Shown: positions 1-10,856 of the stretch, piece after piece
Layout: each line of letters begins with the position of its first letter
Position numbering within the stretch: position 1 is the first letter of the stretch
Assembly: GCA_028826165.1 (NCBI GenBank)
Contig: JAPDFW010000073.1
Location: forward strand, 248,001 to 312,000
Direction: 5' to 3'
Length of the DNA: 64,000 nucleotides
DNA from: Anaeramoeba ignava BMAN
Lineage: Eukaryota; Protista; Anaeramoebae
Made by a program: the position numbers and the translations under genes
Notes under the pieces: generated by a model
The model's input: the letters and a program-made list of their open reading frames with translations, nothing else
The model's database searches: none
Told to the model about the DNA's origin: nothing

Positions 1-3000
1 TTGCAAATGCTCCGAAATATTGAAATCATGAAGATTAGTTGAGAACGAGATGCTGTGTTTGATGCCCAAGTCGTTATCCTTATTGTCAATCTCGATAACA
101 TTCTCATTATTTTCTTGTTGATTTTCCCAAACCTGTTTGAATATATCAAGTAAATTTCCAATATGATCAAATATATAATATATTGTTGCTTCCTGCTCAA
201 TTTTCACAGCGATTGCCAGTATTTGTGTTACCCATAACTTGACTGTGTTTTTGTTTGTGAATAAAATGGGCTTTTGAAATAATTCAAATATTGGATCAAA
301 TTGTTTCTTTTTGAATTGATAAATGAAAAATTCTCTATTCAATTCCGAAATCAATCCATGCAACAATTCAAGCGAGTTTTCCAAAAGAATTTCTCCGCTT
401 CTTAAATGCAGTTTGTTGTTTTGCGAGAGCAATTCCATCAATCTACCAACAACAACTTGCGAAATGTATTCTTTTTTCTTCTCTTGTTCATCCTTGGGTT
501 TCATTTTAATTGAAACCAAATCAATAAGAAATTCAACTACAATTTTGCAGTTTTGTTTGTATAAAATTTTCAGTAGCGGATTGATCGCATATTTGAAACA
601 AAGAGCATCGCTCATTATTTTGAAAACAGACAACAAACTTTCGCTCGCAATTTTCTCAATTGATTGGTCTTCTGATCGCAAAGTTTCAATTGCAAAAGGG
701 ATGATTTCCTCAAGAAAACATTTCATACCAAATCTTGATTTCACTAATTTTAAGAATTTTGGATCAAGTAAATCTTGTGATAATTCTTTGCATCCTGAAA
801 TTTGGAACAGTTTCTTCAACGGAACAATCAAATCTGTTATGGATTGGTTGTCTTCGATTTTTTTCAAAATTTGGAAAAATAAAGGGACTGATTTTTTTTG
901 TGTTTGTGGATTGTCAAAAAATTGTGTCAAAACAGGTAATATCATCCATGTTGCTTCTTTTCGTAACTTGAAAATTTCGTTTGAATTCGAAAGTGTGAAA
1001 TTGAACTTATCAAGTGGCGTTTTCAAAGAATGGAATTTTGAGAGAAAATCATATAATGGTTCAAAATAATCAGGAAACACATTTGATTGTAAAATTTCAT
1101 CAGCTGTCAATTCTCTTCTTTTACTGGAAATTAAAATATTTGTGATCATTTGTTTGATTTCATTTGGAATTTTTTTGAATTGGTGATCCGTAATTCTGCC
1201 TATTTTTTGGAACTTTTGTATTTGAGAAAATGTTAAAAAGGGTCTGTTTGTGAATAATTCAAGAGAAATACAACCGATAGAAAACAAATCTTGATATTTA
1301 TTTTCATTTTCATTTTGATTTTCATTTTCATAAAAAATATTATTATAAACAACCATATTATCTGAAAATGTTGGTTGAAGAAAAGAACTAAACTCATTTC
1401 TTGCCAATTCAATAAAATTTTGATTTGAGATTTGTTGTTTTTGAAAAGATACAATTTGTGCATATTTTTTTAGTTCTGCGTTATTATTGTTATTATTGTT
1501 ATTATTGTTGTTATTTTCGGAAAAATATTTATAATATTCATCTTCATCATCTTCATCTTCATGAATTCTAAAAATTCCTCGAATTGGATGAGGACTTGTA
1601 AATAATTGAACAAATCCATGTGTTGCGAAATTTGGAAAGGATAATTCAGCAATATTTTTTGCTTCAAATCCAGCCATTCCTGAAAGTTTGTATCCAAACA
1701 TGATATCAATCCAATTATGTAAATTATCAGAAATAAACTCGCTCTCAAGAACTTCCATGCTTATATGAATAAGTTCTTGATAGGAAGAGCACCAAGATGG
1801 CAATTCAATGTTGGGCATGTCTTCATGAATTGATTGAAATATTGATGAATCTGTAAAAAATTCTGGGATTGATTCATCGGGTGTCCAATGATACAATCTC
1901 TCCATTGAAACTGGGAATTCTCTGGGATCGTAATTAGAACGAACAAATTTCTTCAGAATATCAATCGGGGTTTGTCGCGCTTTATATACAAAAAATGATA
2001 CTTCTGACAATCCTTCTGAGATGTGATATCCATAAGACTTGAAAAAATAATCAAGCATTTGATCCCCTTTGTTGAGTCTGAATTTTGAAATGGTCAAATT
2101 TCGGAAAGATTTCCCAGAAGTATTCACACTTTCGTTTAGATTTTCATAGTAATTGATGAATTTCTTTGCTTTTTTTTCTGAATAATAAGATGTATATATG
2201 CGAGGATCGTGAGAAAAATTAAAAAGCCAAGGGAAGATCGGATGATTATCTGGATCTCCCATTCGACGGCCAGCGAAGTGGTTGAGATGTAAGAGATATT
2301 CGAAATTTGAAATTTCATGAGAATTCCACTTTTCAAAAATTGATTTATGGTCGTGAATATAATATTGGTCTGGTGTGATTGGGGATAAATTTAATCCAAC
2401 AATTTTGACCCATAAATCCTTTGGAGATGTGATAATAATATTGGACGGTTTGATAAACCCATGTGAAATATTGTTTGAGTGCAAATATGATACAGATTTG
2501 AGTAATTGATAGATAATGAAAAGTTTTTTGACAACTGATTGAATTAGAACTTGGTTGTATTGCAAAATATTTTGTAAATTGTAATTTGAATGGGAATAAA
2601 ATAAATAAACTGCTTGATTGGTTTCCACAATGTCTTGGACCTCAAAAACACCTGAGTTTTTATTTAAAATATTGATTATTTTTTCGACCAAAGATGTTGA
2701 AATTTGGTTGAAATTAATTGATAAATATTTTCCATTCGAATCACTTTCTGAATTTTTCTTGAATAAAATGGTTTCATCTTCAAATATATTTCCATATTCT
2801 TGAATTTGAGTTATTTTCCTTTTAACGAATTTGATTTTGCTTATATATTCCTCCAAATTAATTGAGTTTATATTTTGTTTCTTTTGATTTGAAAAATTTG
2901 TTTGAATTTCTTTTTGTCTTTTGAATTCTTTTTTTATTTCTTTTTGTTTTGGGATTATTTGAAGAATAAACGGAAAAATTGATTTCTCATCATTTTTTGA

Positions 3001-3183
3001 ATTTATATCTTTGGATAATTCTTTTGATTTTTGTGTTATTTTTAGATAATTTTCAAAAGTTGTATGACAAACAACTAAATTTCCATAATTATGACTAGAT
3101 TTTAAATAATGAAATTGAATAAGATTTTTAAAATCTGTTTCTAAATAAAATTTAATTTCTTTTCTTGTTAAAAGTTGACCCAT
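1..3183 (-). CDS. WDR81-like BEACH-domain protein, 5' part; runs off the window start
   Basis: Not in the ORF track because there is no stop in the window. Manual translation from ATG 3183 (MGQLLTRK) was open wherever checked and contains ISNFEYLLHLNHFAGRRMGD, SKFRLNKGDQMLD, ERLYHWTPDESIPEFF and LHNWIDIMFGYKL, matching the WDR81-type BEACH domain. Confidence 0.85.
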   Translation of the reverse strand, partial: MGQLLTRKEIKFYLETDFKNLIQFHYLKSSHNYGNLVVCHTTFENYLKITQKSKELSKDINSKNDEKSIFPFILQIIPKQKEIKKEFKRQKEIQTNFSNQKKQNINSINLEEYISKIKFVKRKITQIQEYGNIFEDETILFKKNSESDSNGKYLSINFNQISTSLVEKIINILNKNSGVFEVQDIVETNQAVYLFYSHSNYNLQNILQYNQVLIQSVVKKLFIIYQLLKSVSYLHSNNISHGFIKPSNIIITSPKDLWVKIVGLNLSPITPDQYYIHDHKSIFEKWNSHEISNFEYLLHLNHFAGRRMGDPDNHPIFPWLFNFSHDPRIYTSYYSEKKAKKFINYYENLNESVNTSGKSFRNLTISKFRLNKGDQMLDYFFKSYGYHISEGLSEVSFFVYKARQTPIDILKKFVRSNYDPREFPVSMERLYHWTPDESIPEFFTDSSIFQSIHEDMPNIELPSWCSSYQELIHISMEVLESEFISDNLHNWIDIMFGYKLSGMAGFEAKNIAELSFPNFATHGFVQLFTSPHPIRGIFRIHEDEDDEDEYYKYFSENNNNNNNNNNNNAELKKYAQIVSFQKQQISNQNFIELARNEFSSFLQPTFSDNMVVYNNIFYENENQNENENKYQDLFSIGCISLELFTNRPFLTFSQIQKFQKIGRITDHQFKKIPNEIKQMITNILISSKRRELTADEILQSNVFPDYFEPLYDFLSKFHSLKTPLDKFNFTLSNSNEIFKLRKEATWMILPVLTQFFDNPQTQKKSVPLFFQILKKIEDNQSITDLIVPLKKLFQISGCKELSQDLLDPKFLKLVKSRFGMKCFLEEIIPFAIETLRSEDQSIEKIASESLLSVFKIMSDALCFKYAINPLLKILYKQNCKIVVEFLIDLVSIKMKPKDEQEKKKEYISQVVVGRLMELLSQNNKLHLRSGEILLENSLELLHGLISELNREFFIYQFKKKQFDPIFELFQKPILFTNKNTVKLWVTQILAIAVKIEQEATIYYIFDHIGNLLDIFKQVWENQQENNENVIEIDNKDNDLGIKHSISFSTNLHDFNISEHLQ

Positions 3184-3287
3184 TTAAAATTATTTTTAAA
3201 ATGAAAATGAAAAATAAAAAAAAAATTTTTTTTTTAGAAATTTAATTTTTCATTTTTTTAATTTCGAAAATAAATAATAAAATAATT

Positions 3288-3665
3288 ATGAGACAAAGAA
3301 AACAACAAAAATCAAAAGAAAATAAAAATAATAATAAAAAAGAAAATAAAAACAATAATAAAAAAGAAAATAATAAAAAAAAGGAAGAAGAAAATATTAT
3401 TGAAGAAAATATTATTGAAGAAAATCAACAAGATCAACTTGATAGTGTTTTTTGGCTTGTTGTAAGACCATTAATTAAAGCAGCAATAATGATTCTTATT
3501 TATTTTGTGCTTAAAAAATTATTTGGAGTTTTATCAGAAAAAGGAATTATTCCGACACGTTTCAAAACTTTTAAATGCCCAGAAAATTTTTCAAAAGAAG
3601 AATGTGATAATTTAAAAGAAATGTATTCACAAGCTCAAGAAATGAATAAACATTTTAAACAATAA
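3288..3665 (+). CDS. Small single-pass membrane protein of unknown function
   Basis: 125-aa ORF with a K/N/E-rich N-terminus, one hydrophobic segment and a C-terminal Cys pair; TCATTTT motif upstream. Confidence 0.65.
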   Translation: MRQRKQQKSKENKNNNKKENKNNNKKENNKKKEEENIIEENIIEENQQDQLDSVFWLVVRPLIKAAIMILIYFVLKKLFGVLSEKGIIPTRFKTFKCPENFSKEECDNLKEMYSQAQEMNKHFKQ

Positions 3666-3846
3666 TTTTAAACAAAAATTTTTTTTTTAAAGAAAAATAA
3701 AAGAATAAAAGATTTTTTTTGGAAATGAATTTGAAGATTTAATTTTGTTTTTGTTTTTGGAAAGAATATTTTCCCGATAAAGAAAAAAAAAATTTTCTTG
3801 TTTGTTTTTTGCTTTTTGTTTTTTGTTTTTTGTTTTTTGAAAGGAA

Positions 3847-4818
3847 TTAAAATTTAAGAAGAATTTTTCCAATTGATTTTCTTGTTTCCATCATTTCATG
3901 AGCATCTTGTACTTTTTCGAAAGGAATAAGAGTTGTTTTTGGTTTAACTGCTCCATTCAAAATCCAATCAAAACAATCATTCATTTTCTTCTTATAAACC
4001 TCATAAGGAGAAACAAAATTGAAATACATTGGGAATGTAAGATTAAGAGAACCTAAAGAGCCCAATCTCATTATATCGAAGTTTTGTACACCACCAGAAG
4101 CATTGCCATAAAGAACATACCAACCTCTCATTTTAACACATTCAAGACCTTTATCAAAAACAGCTTTTCCAACAGCATCATAAACAACATCAACACCATT
4201 AGGGACAATTTTGCGAACTTCTTCTTTGAAATCAGAAACAGTATAATTGATTACATGATCAGCACCGAATTCCTTAGCAATTTTCATTTTCTCTTCTGAT
4301 GAAACTGTTGTGATCACAGTTGCCCCCAACATTTTACAAACTTGAACTAGCCAACCTCCAACACCTCCACTTCCTGCCATAACAAGAACAGTATCTCCTT
4401 TTTTGACTTGATAAACATCGGTCACCAAAAGTTGGGCTGTGATTCCTTGACCTGGAACAATGCAGGCATGTTCTAATGAAATTTTCTCAGGAATTGCTAC
4501 TAATGATTCAATTGGAATGAGTGAATATTCTGCATATGCTTGAGCTGTCATTGCGAAATATGCAACTTTTGTTCCTACTTTGAATTCTTCTCCTTTGTAA
4601 TCTTCTGGTACTGCTTCAACTATTCCTGTTCCTTCTGCTCCTGGTGTGAATGGAAGTGGCATTGGCCAAAATCCCTTTCTTATTGTAATATCCATATAAT
4701 TAAGTCCTGCAAATGCATTTTTAACAAGAATTTGTCCTGAAACTGGTTTTGGAATTTCTTTTTCTTCAATAACAAGTTTTTCTTTGCCTCCGTTTTCTCT
4801 TACAATAACTGCTTTCAT
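3847..4818 (-). CDS. NADPH:quinone oxidoreductase (zeta-crystallin/Qor-like, MDR superfamily)
   Basis: 323 aa, intronless; GLNYMD, PFTPGAEGTG, AGSGGVG nucleotide-binding motif, GVDVVYDAVG, C-terminal GKILL. Confidence 0.92.
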   Translation of the reverse strand: MKAVIVRENGGKEKLVIEEKEIPKPVSGQILVKNAFAGLNYMDITIRKGFWPMPLPFTPGAEGTGIVEAVPEDYKGEEFKVGTKVAYFAMTAQAYAEYSLIPIESLVAIPEKISLEHACIVPGQGITAQLLVTDVYQVKKGDTVLVMAGSGGVGGWLVQVCKMLGATVITTVSSEEKMKIAKEFGADHVINYTVSDFKEEVRKIVPNGVDVVYDAVGKAVFDKGLECVKMRGWYVLYGNASGGVQNFDIMRLGSLGSLNLTFPMYFNFVSPYEVYKKKMNDCFDWILNGAVKPKTTLIPFEKVQDAHEMMETRKSIGKILLKF

Positions 4819-4969
4819 TCTTTCTTTTTTTTTTTTTTTTTGAAAAGAAAAAAATGAAAAGCAACAAAAAAAAAATTTTTTTAATTAAAAAAAAAAAGGA
4901 AAAATAAAAGAAAAAATAAAAGAAAAATAAAAGGAAAAAGCAAAAAAATATTCTGCCATTTGTCATAAA

Positions 4970-5570
4970 TTTAAAATAAAAAAATAAAAGGAAAATAAAA
5001 ATAAAAAATAAAAGAAAAAAAGCAAATAATTATTTTATTATTTATTATTAAATTTAAATAATTATTAAATTTTTAATTATTTTTTGATCAATAAGAAAAT
5101 AAAAGGAAAAAGCAAAATAATTATTAAATTTCAATTAAAATTTATTAAATATTAATATTAAAATAAAAAATAAAAGAAAAAAAGCAAATAATTATTTTAT
5201 TATTTATTATTAAAATTAAATAAATATTAAATTTTTAATTATTCTTTGATCAATAAGAAAATAAAAGAAAAAAAGCAAAAAATTATTAAATTTCAATTAA
5301 AATTTATTTAAAAAAGCAAATAATTATTTTATTATTTATTATTAAAATTAATTAAATACATTAAAATTAAAATAAAAAATAAAAGGAAAAAGCAAATAAT
5401 TATTTTATTATTTATTATTAAAATTAAATATTAAATTTTTAATTATTTTTTGATCAATAAGAAAATAAAAGGAAAAAGCAAAAAAATTATTTTATTATTT
5501 ATTATTAAAATTAATTAATTATTAAAATTAAATTTCAATTAAAATTTAATTTAAAAAGCAAATAAAAATT
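4970..5570. repeat. Degenerate AT-rich tandem duplication
   Basis: The block TTTGATCAATAAGAAAATAAAAG recurs at about 5086, 5248 and 5452. Confidence 0.7.
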
Positions 5571-5572
5571 TT

Positions 5573-6723
5573 TCAAAAATCACAAAGAATCTTTTCATTT
5601 TGAAAAATTTGAAAATCCCTAACAACTTCATATTGAGTAATAAAAACCCAAAGTTCATTATTGGTTATTGAATTTAAATCTTGTCCACCAAATAAAATAA
5701 ATTTAGTAGGTGAAATTTTAACACAAGAAGCTCCAAATCTTTTTGAAGGTTGATTTGAATTTGTTAATTTTTTCCATTTCTTATTGTGAATATCCAAAAC
5801 CCAAAAATCTGAAGTATAACCTGATTTATCAGAAAACCCAGAAAAAACAAAGAAAAAATCTTCATAAATAAAACAACTTGAACCACTAAGAGGATCTGGA
5901 GCAATATTTTGTTCAGATAAATCTAATTTTGACCAAGAATTAGAGAATAAATCAAAAAAATAAACAGCATTTTCTCTTTGACGCAAAGAAATTCTTCCTC
6001 CAAATAAGATAATCTTATCATTATAAATTTCCATAAAATGTGAACTTCTTGGTTGAATAAAAACTCCTTTTCGTTCGAATTCTTTCCATTTTTTAGTATT
6101 TGTGTCAAATTCCCATAAATCATTTAATCTATTATTAAAAAAATTTATTCCTCCAAAAATATAAATTTTTCCTTTATAATAGACACTTGAATGTGAAAAA
6201 CGACCTTCAGGTTTTTTTGATTCAATTTTTTGATTTAATTCTTTTGATTCATTTTTTTGATTTAGTTTTTTTGATTTTGTTCTTTTGATTTTGTTGTTCT
6301 TTGATTTTGTTTTTTTGATTTTGTTTTTGATTTAGTTTTTGATTCAATTTCTTGATTTAATTCTTTGGATTCAATTTTCTTCCATTTTGATTTAATTGCA
6401 TTAAATTTATAAATTTCATTATCAAATTCAGAAAGTGATTCAAAAGTTCGACCTCCCCAAATCCAAAAAGTATCTTTAAATCCACAAAATGTATGAGCAC
6501 TTCTTTTAAATGGTTTTTTTCCTTTTGTTTTTTCTTTTTTCCATTCTTGAGTTGTTAATGAAAATGAATATAAATCATCAAATTGATCATCGTTTTCAAC
6601 TTGTTTTCCTCCAAAAAAATAGATTTTGTTTTGTGTAAATGAATAAGCAAGTTGTGTTTTGTTAACTGGTTGAGGCCAGAATTTATGTTTTTGTTCAAGT
6701 TTTTTCCAACCAACAAATTGCAT
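5573..6723 (-). CDS. Kelch-repeat protein, frameshifted near 6270-6330; ends at what looks like the start of a BTB domain
   Basis: ORFs 6262-6723 and 5573-6034 carry kelch motifs (YFFGG, WIWGG, ILFGG, RSAHT). The second frame extends upstream through EGRFSHSSVYYKGKIYIFGG. The frame changes inside a degenerate ESKELNQ repeat. Confidence 0.8.
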
Positions 6724-6789
6724 TTATAAAAAATAAAAGAAAAAAAATGAAATATTTTTTTTCATTTTTTCATTTTTTCTTTTTCGAAA

Positions 6790-8564
6790 ATGAATGAAAT
6801 TTTATTTTTTGGTGACAATCAATATTCAAAACTTTTCAAAAATAAACCAAATAAAATAATAAAACCAATTCAATTTAAATTTGAAAATGAAAATGAAAAT
6901 GAAAATGAAAAACAAATTAAACAAATTTCAACAGGTTATTTTTCAACAATTTTCCTTTTTGAAAATGGAAAAGCAATAGAATATTTAAATGAAAATATTC
7001 AAATCAAAATCCTGAAAAAATCCAAATTGAAAATATTCAAAAAGTAACTGTTGGTTTTCAAAATGAAGCTATTTTAACAAAAGAAGGAAATGTATTTGCA
7101 AAAGGAGAAGATATCAATCCAAATAATCCAAAAGAATTTATCAATATTTCATCATTAATTGAAGATCTAGATGATATAATAATTAAAGATGTTGTTTCTG
7201 GAATATTTTCAATTTATTTATTAACTTCAAATCAAAATGTTTATGGAATTGGTGATAATTCTTATGGTCAACTTGGTTTAGATTCTGAAACACTTAAAAA
7301 AACAGAAAAACCAATTTTAATGATGAAAAATGTTTCTAAAATATTTTCAGGAAACTTTTCACATAGAGTTTTTCTTTTAAATTCAAATCAAGAATTATTT
7401 GTATGTGGTTTAAATAGATTTGGCCAACTTGGATTAGGAGAATCAAGTAAAGAAGAAACAGAAATCCAAAAATTAACCAAAATCCAAAATATTCCAAAAG
7501 GTAAAATAATTGATATTCAATGTGGAAATTATCATTCAATAATGTTGATTGAAAATGAAGATGAAAATGAAAATCCAAAAAGAAAACTTTATTCATGTGG
7601 AGATTATCTATATAATGGACTTGGAAAAGATGAAGATACTTATGAATTTACTGAAATCAAATTATCTTTATTTGAAAATGATAATAATATTCTTGATTTT
7701 TCTTGTGGATGTGATCATACTTTGGTTTTAACTTCCAAAGGGAAATTAATAGTATTTGGGAATAATCAACAAGGTGAATTAGGAACTGGAGATACAAAAA
7801 ATAAATTTATCCCAATTCAAATTGAACTTCCTGAATTAAGATTTAATGAATATATTTCTAATTATCATGTTCATTGTGGATATCAAAAATCATTTCTTTA
7901 TTATTCTCCTCCTTCTTTTTCCAATCTTGAAGAAGATTTGATAAAACTATTTAGAAGAAAAGAATTTTGTAATATTTCATTTAAAACCAAAAATGGAGAA
8001 ATAACCAAAGCTCATAAATTAATATTGAAATATAGATTAAATCAAAATCAAAATGAAATTGAAAAACTTAAAGAAATCATTTCAAAAAAATCAATTAAAG
8101 AATCAAATCAAATATTTGAAATGATTTATTCAAATAGAATAATAAATCCAATATTATATTTTGAAATTAAAGAAATTATAAATTTAAATGAAAAAATTGA
8201 AGAAACAATGAAAAGAATTTATTTAAATGAAAATGAAAATGGAAAAGATTTTATAATTGAAAGAAAAGAAAAACAATATAAATTTCCTAAATTAATATTA
8301 ATAATGAGAAGTGAATTATATCGAGGAATGTTTTTATCTGTTACTGAAGATACTTCTAATAAAGTTACAGATTATAGTGAATTAAATAATAAATCATTTC
8401 AAATATTTGAATATTGGATTTATTCAAATCAAATTAAAGATGAAATTAAAATTACACAAGAAATAATTGATGAAATTAAAATTGGAATTGATTATTTTCA
8501 ATTAAATCAAACAAATCCAAATTTATTTGATTTATTAATTAATAAATTTAATAATCAAAATTAA
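6790..8564 (+). CDS. RCC1-repeat plus tandem BTB protein, copy 1; 1-nt frameshift near 6995 (pseudogene or consensus error)
   Basis: ORFs 6790-7047 and 7320-8564 are collinear with the intact paralogs. GAAAATATTCAAATC here versus GAAAAAGATTTAAATC in copy 6. Confidence 0.85.
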
Positions 8565-8655
8565 AATTAAAATTAAAATTAAAATTAAAATTAAAATTAA
8601 AATTAAAATTAAAATCAAAATTTAAAATTTAAAATTAAAATTAAAATTAAAATCC
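8560..8655. repeat. (AAAATT)n spacer between RCC1 copies 1 and 2
   Basis: Directly visible hexamer run. Confidence 0.9.
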
Positions 8656-8687
8656 AAAAATTTTTTTTCATTTTTTTCTTTTCAAAA

Positions 8688-10442
8688 ATGAATGAAATTT
8701 TATTTTTTGGTCAAAATGAAAAACCAATTCTTTTCAAAAATGAACCAGAAACAATAGCAAAACCAATTCAATTTAAATTCGAAAATGAAAATGAAAATGA
8801 AAATGAAAAACAAATTAAACAAATTTCAACAGGTTATTTATCAACAATTTTCCTTTTTAAAAATGGAAAAGCAATAGAATATTTAAATGAAAATCCTTCA
8901 AAAATCCAAATTGAAGAAAATATTCAAAAAGTAACTGTTGGTGAAGAAAATGAAGCTATTTTAACAATAGAAGGAAATGTATTTGCCAAAGGAGAAGATA
9001 TCAATCCAAATAATACAAATGAATTTATCAATGTTTCATCATTAATTGAAGATACAAATGATAGAATAATTCAAGATATTGTTTGTGGAGCTTATTCAAT
9101 TTACTTATTAACTTCAAATCAAAATGCTTATGGAATTGGTTTAAATAATTTTGGTCAACTTGGTTTTGATTCTAAAAAACTTAAAAAAACAGAAAAACCA
9201 ATTTTAATGATGAAAAATGTTTCTAAAATATTTTCAGGAAATACTTCAAGACATGTTTTTCTTTTAAATTCAAATCAAGAATTATTTGGATGCGGATATA
9301 ATCAATATAGTCAAATTGGATTAGGAGAATCAAGAAAAGAAGAAAAAGGAATTCAAAAATTAACCAAAATACAAAATATTCCAAAAAGCAAAATAGTTGA
9401 TATTCAATGTGGAGGTTGGCATTCAATAATGTTGATTGAAAATGAAGAAGAAAATCCAAAAAGAAAACTTTATTCATGCGGATTTTATCTATCTAATGGA
9501 CTTGGCAAAAATAAAGATACTTATGAATTTACTGAAATCAAATCATCTTTATTTGAAAATGATAATATTCTTGATTTTTCTTGTGGTGATTCTCATAGTT
9601 TGATTTTAACTTCCAATTCAAATTTAATTGGATTTGGAGATAATGAATATAATCAATTAGGAACTGGAGATACAAAATATCAATCAATTCCAATTCAAAT
9701 TGAACTTCCTGAATTAAGATTTAATGAATATATTTCCAATTATCATGTTCTTTGTGGTGATTATAAATCATTCCTTTATTATTCTCCTCCTTCTTTTTCC
9801 AATCTTGAAGAAGATTTGATAAAACTACTTAGAAGAAAAGAATTTTGTGATATTTCATTTAAAACCAAAAATGGAGAAATAATTGAAGCTCATAAATTAA
9901 TATTAAAATATAGATTAAATCAAAATGAAATTGAAATTGAAAAACTTAAAGAAATTATTTCAAAAAAATCAATTAAAGAATCAAATCAAATATTTGAAAT
10001 GATTTATTCAAACAGAATAATAAATCCAATATTATATTATGAAATTAAAGAAATTATAAATTTAAATGAAAAAATTGAAGAAACAATGAAAAGAATTTAT
10101 TTAAATGAAAATGAAAATGAAAAAGATTTTATAATTGAAAGAAAAGAAAAGCAATATAAATTTCCAAAATTAATATTAATAATGAGAAGTGAATTATATC
10201 GAGGAATGTTTTTATCTGTAACTGAAGATAAATCTAATAAAGTTACAGATTATAGTGAATTAAGTAATAAATCATTTCAAATATTTGAATATTGGATTTA
10301 TTCAAATCAAATCAAAGAAGAAATTCAAATTACACAAGAAATAATTGATGAAATTGAAAGAGGAATTGATTATTTTCAATTAAATCAAACATATCCAAAT
10401 TTATTTGATTTATTAATTAAGAAATTTAAAAATCAAAATTAA
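8688..10442 (+). CDS. RCC1-repeat plus tandem BTB protein, copy 2
   Basis: 584 aa; RCC1 motifs (GxNxxGQLG, CGxxHS) and BTB motifs (FCDISF, AHKLIL, RSELYRGMF). Confidence 0.9.
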   Translation: MNEILFFGQNEKPILFKNEPETIAKPIQFKFENENENENEKQIKQISTGYLSTIFLFKNGKAIEYLNENPSKIQIEENIQKVTVGEENEAILTIEGNVFAKGEDINPNNTNEFINVSSLIEDTNDRIIQDIVCGAYSIYLLTSNQNAYGIGLNNFGQLGFDSKKLKKTEKPILMMKNVSKIFSGNTSRHVFLLNSNQELFGCGYNQYSQIGLGESRKEEKGIQKLTKIQNIPKSKIVDIQCGGWHSIMLIENEEENPKRKLYSCGFYLSNGLGKNKDTYEFTEIKSSLFENDNILDFSCGDSHSLILTSNSNLIGFGDNEYNQLGTGDTKYQSIPIQIELPELRFNEYISNYHVLCGDYKSFLYYSPPSFSNLEEDLIKLLRRKEFCDISFKTKNGEIIEAHKLILKYRLNQNEIEIEKLKEIISKKSIKESNQIFEMIYSNRIINPILYYEIKEIINLNEKIEETMKRIYLNENENEKDFIIERKEKQYKFPKLILIMRSELYRGMFLSVTEDKSNKVTDYSELSNKSFQIFEYWIYSNQIKEEIQITQEIIDEIERGIDYFQLNQTYPNLFDLLIKKFKNQN

Positions 10443-10820
10443 AATTAAAATTAAAATTTAAAATCAAAATTAAAAATTAAAATCAAAATTAAAATCAAAA
10501 TTAAAATTAAAATTAAAATTAAAAATTAAAATTAAAGTTAAAATTAAAATTAATCAAAATAAAATTAAAATTAAAATTAAAATTAAAATTAAAATTAAAA
10601 ATTAAAATTAAAATAAATTAAAATCAAAATTCCAAAAATTAAAATTAAAATTAAAAATCAAAATTAAAATTAAAATTAAAATCAAAATCAAAATTAAAAT
10701 TAAAATTAAAATTAAAAATAAAATTAAAATCAAAATCAAAATTAAAATTAAAATCAAAATTAAAATTAAAATTAAAATTTAAATTAAAATTAAAAATTAA
10801 AATTAAAATTAAAATTAAAA
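10440..10820. repeat. (AAAATT)n spacer between RCC1 copies 2 and 3
   Basis: Directly visible hexamer run. Confidence 0.9.
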
Positions 10821-10856
10821 ATCCAAAAAATTTTTTTCATTTTTTTCTTTTCAAAA

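Noticed and set aside
323-1069. 248-aa plus-strand ORF
   Set aside because: Antisense shadow of the WDR81-like gene on the minus strand; no recognisable motifs.
6260-7050. Programmed frameshifting or recoding at the frame breaks (kelch, RCC1 copy 1, EML exon 1, 50574 gene)
   Set aside because: The breaks lie in A-rich or low-complexity runs, and RCC1 paralogs are intact at the same site, so consensus indels or pseudogenisation are simpler.
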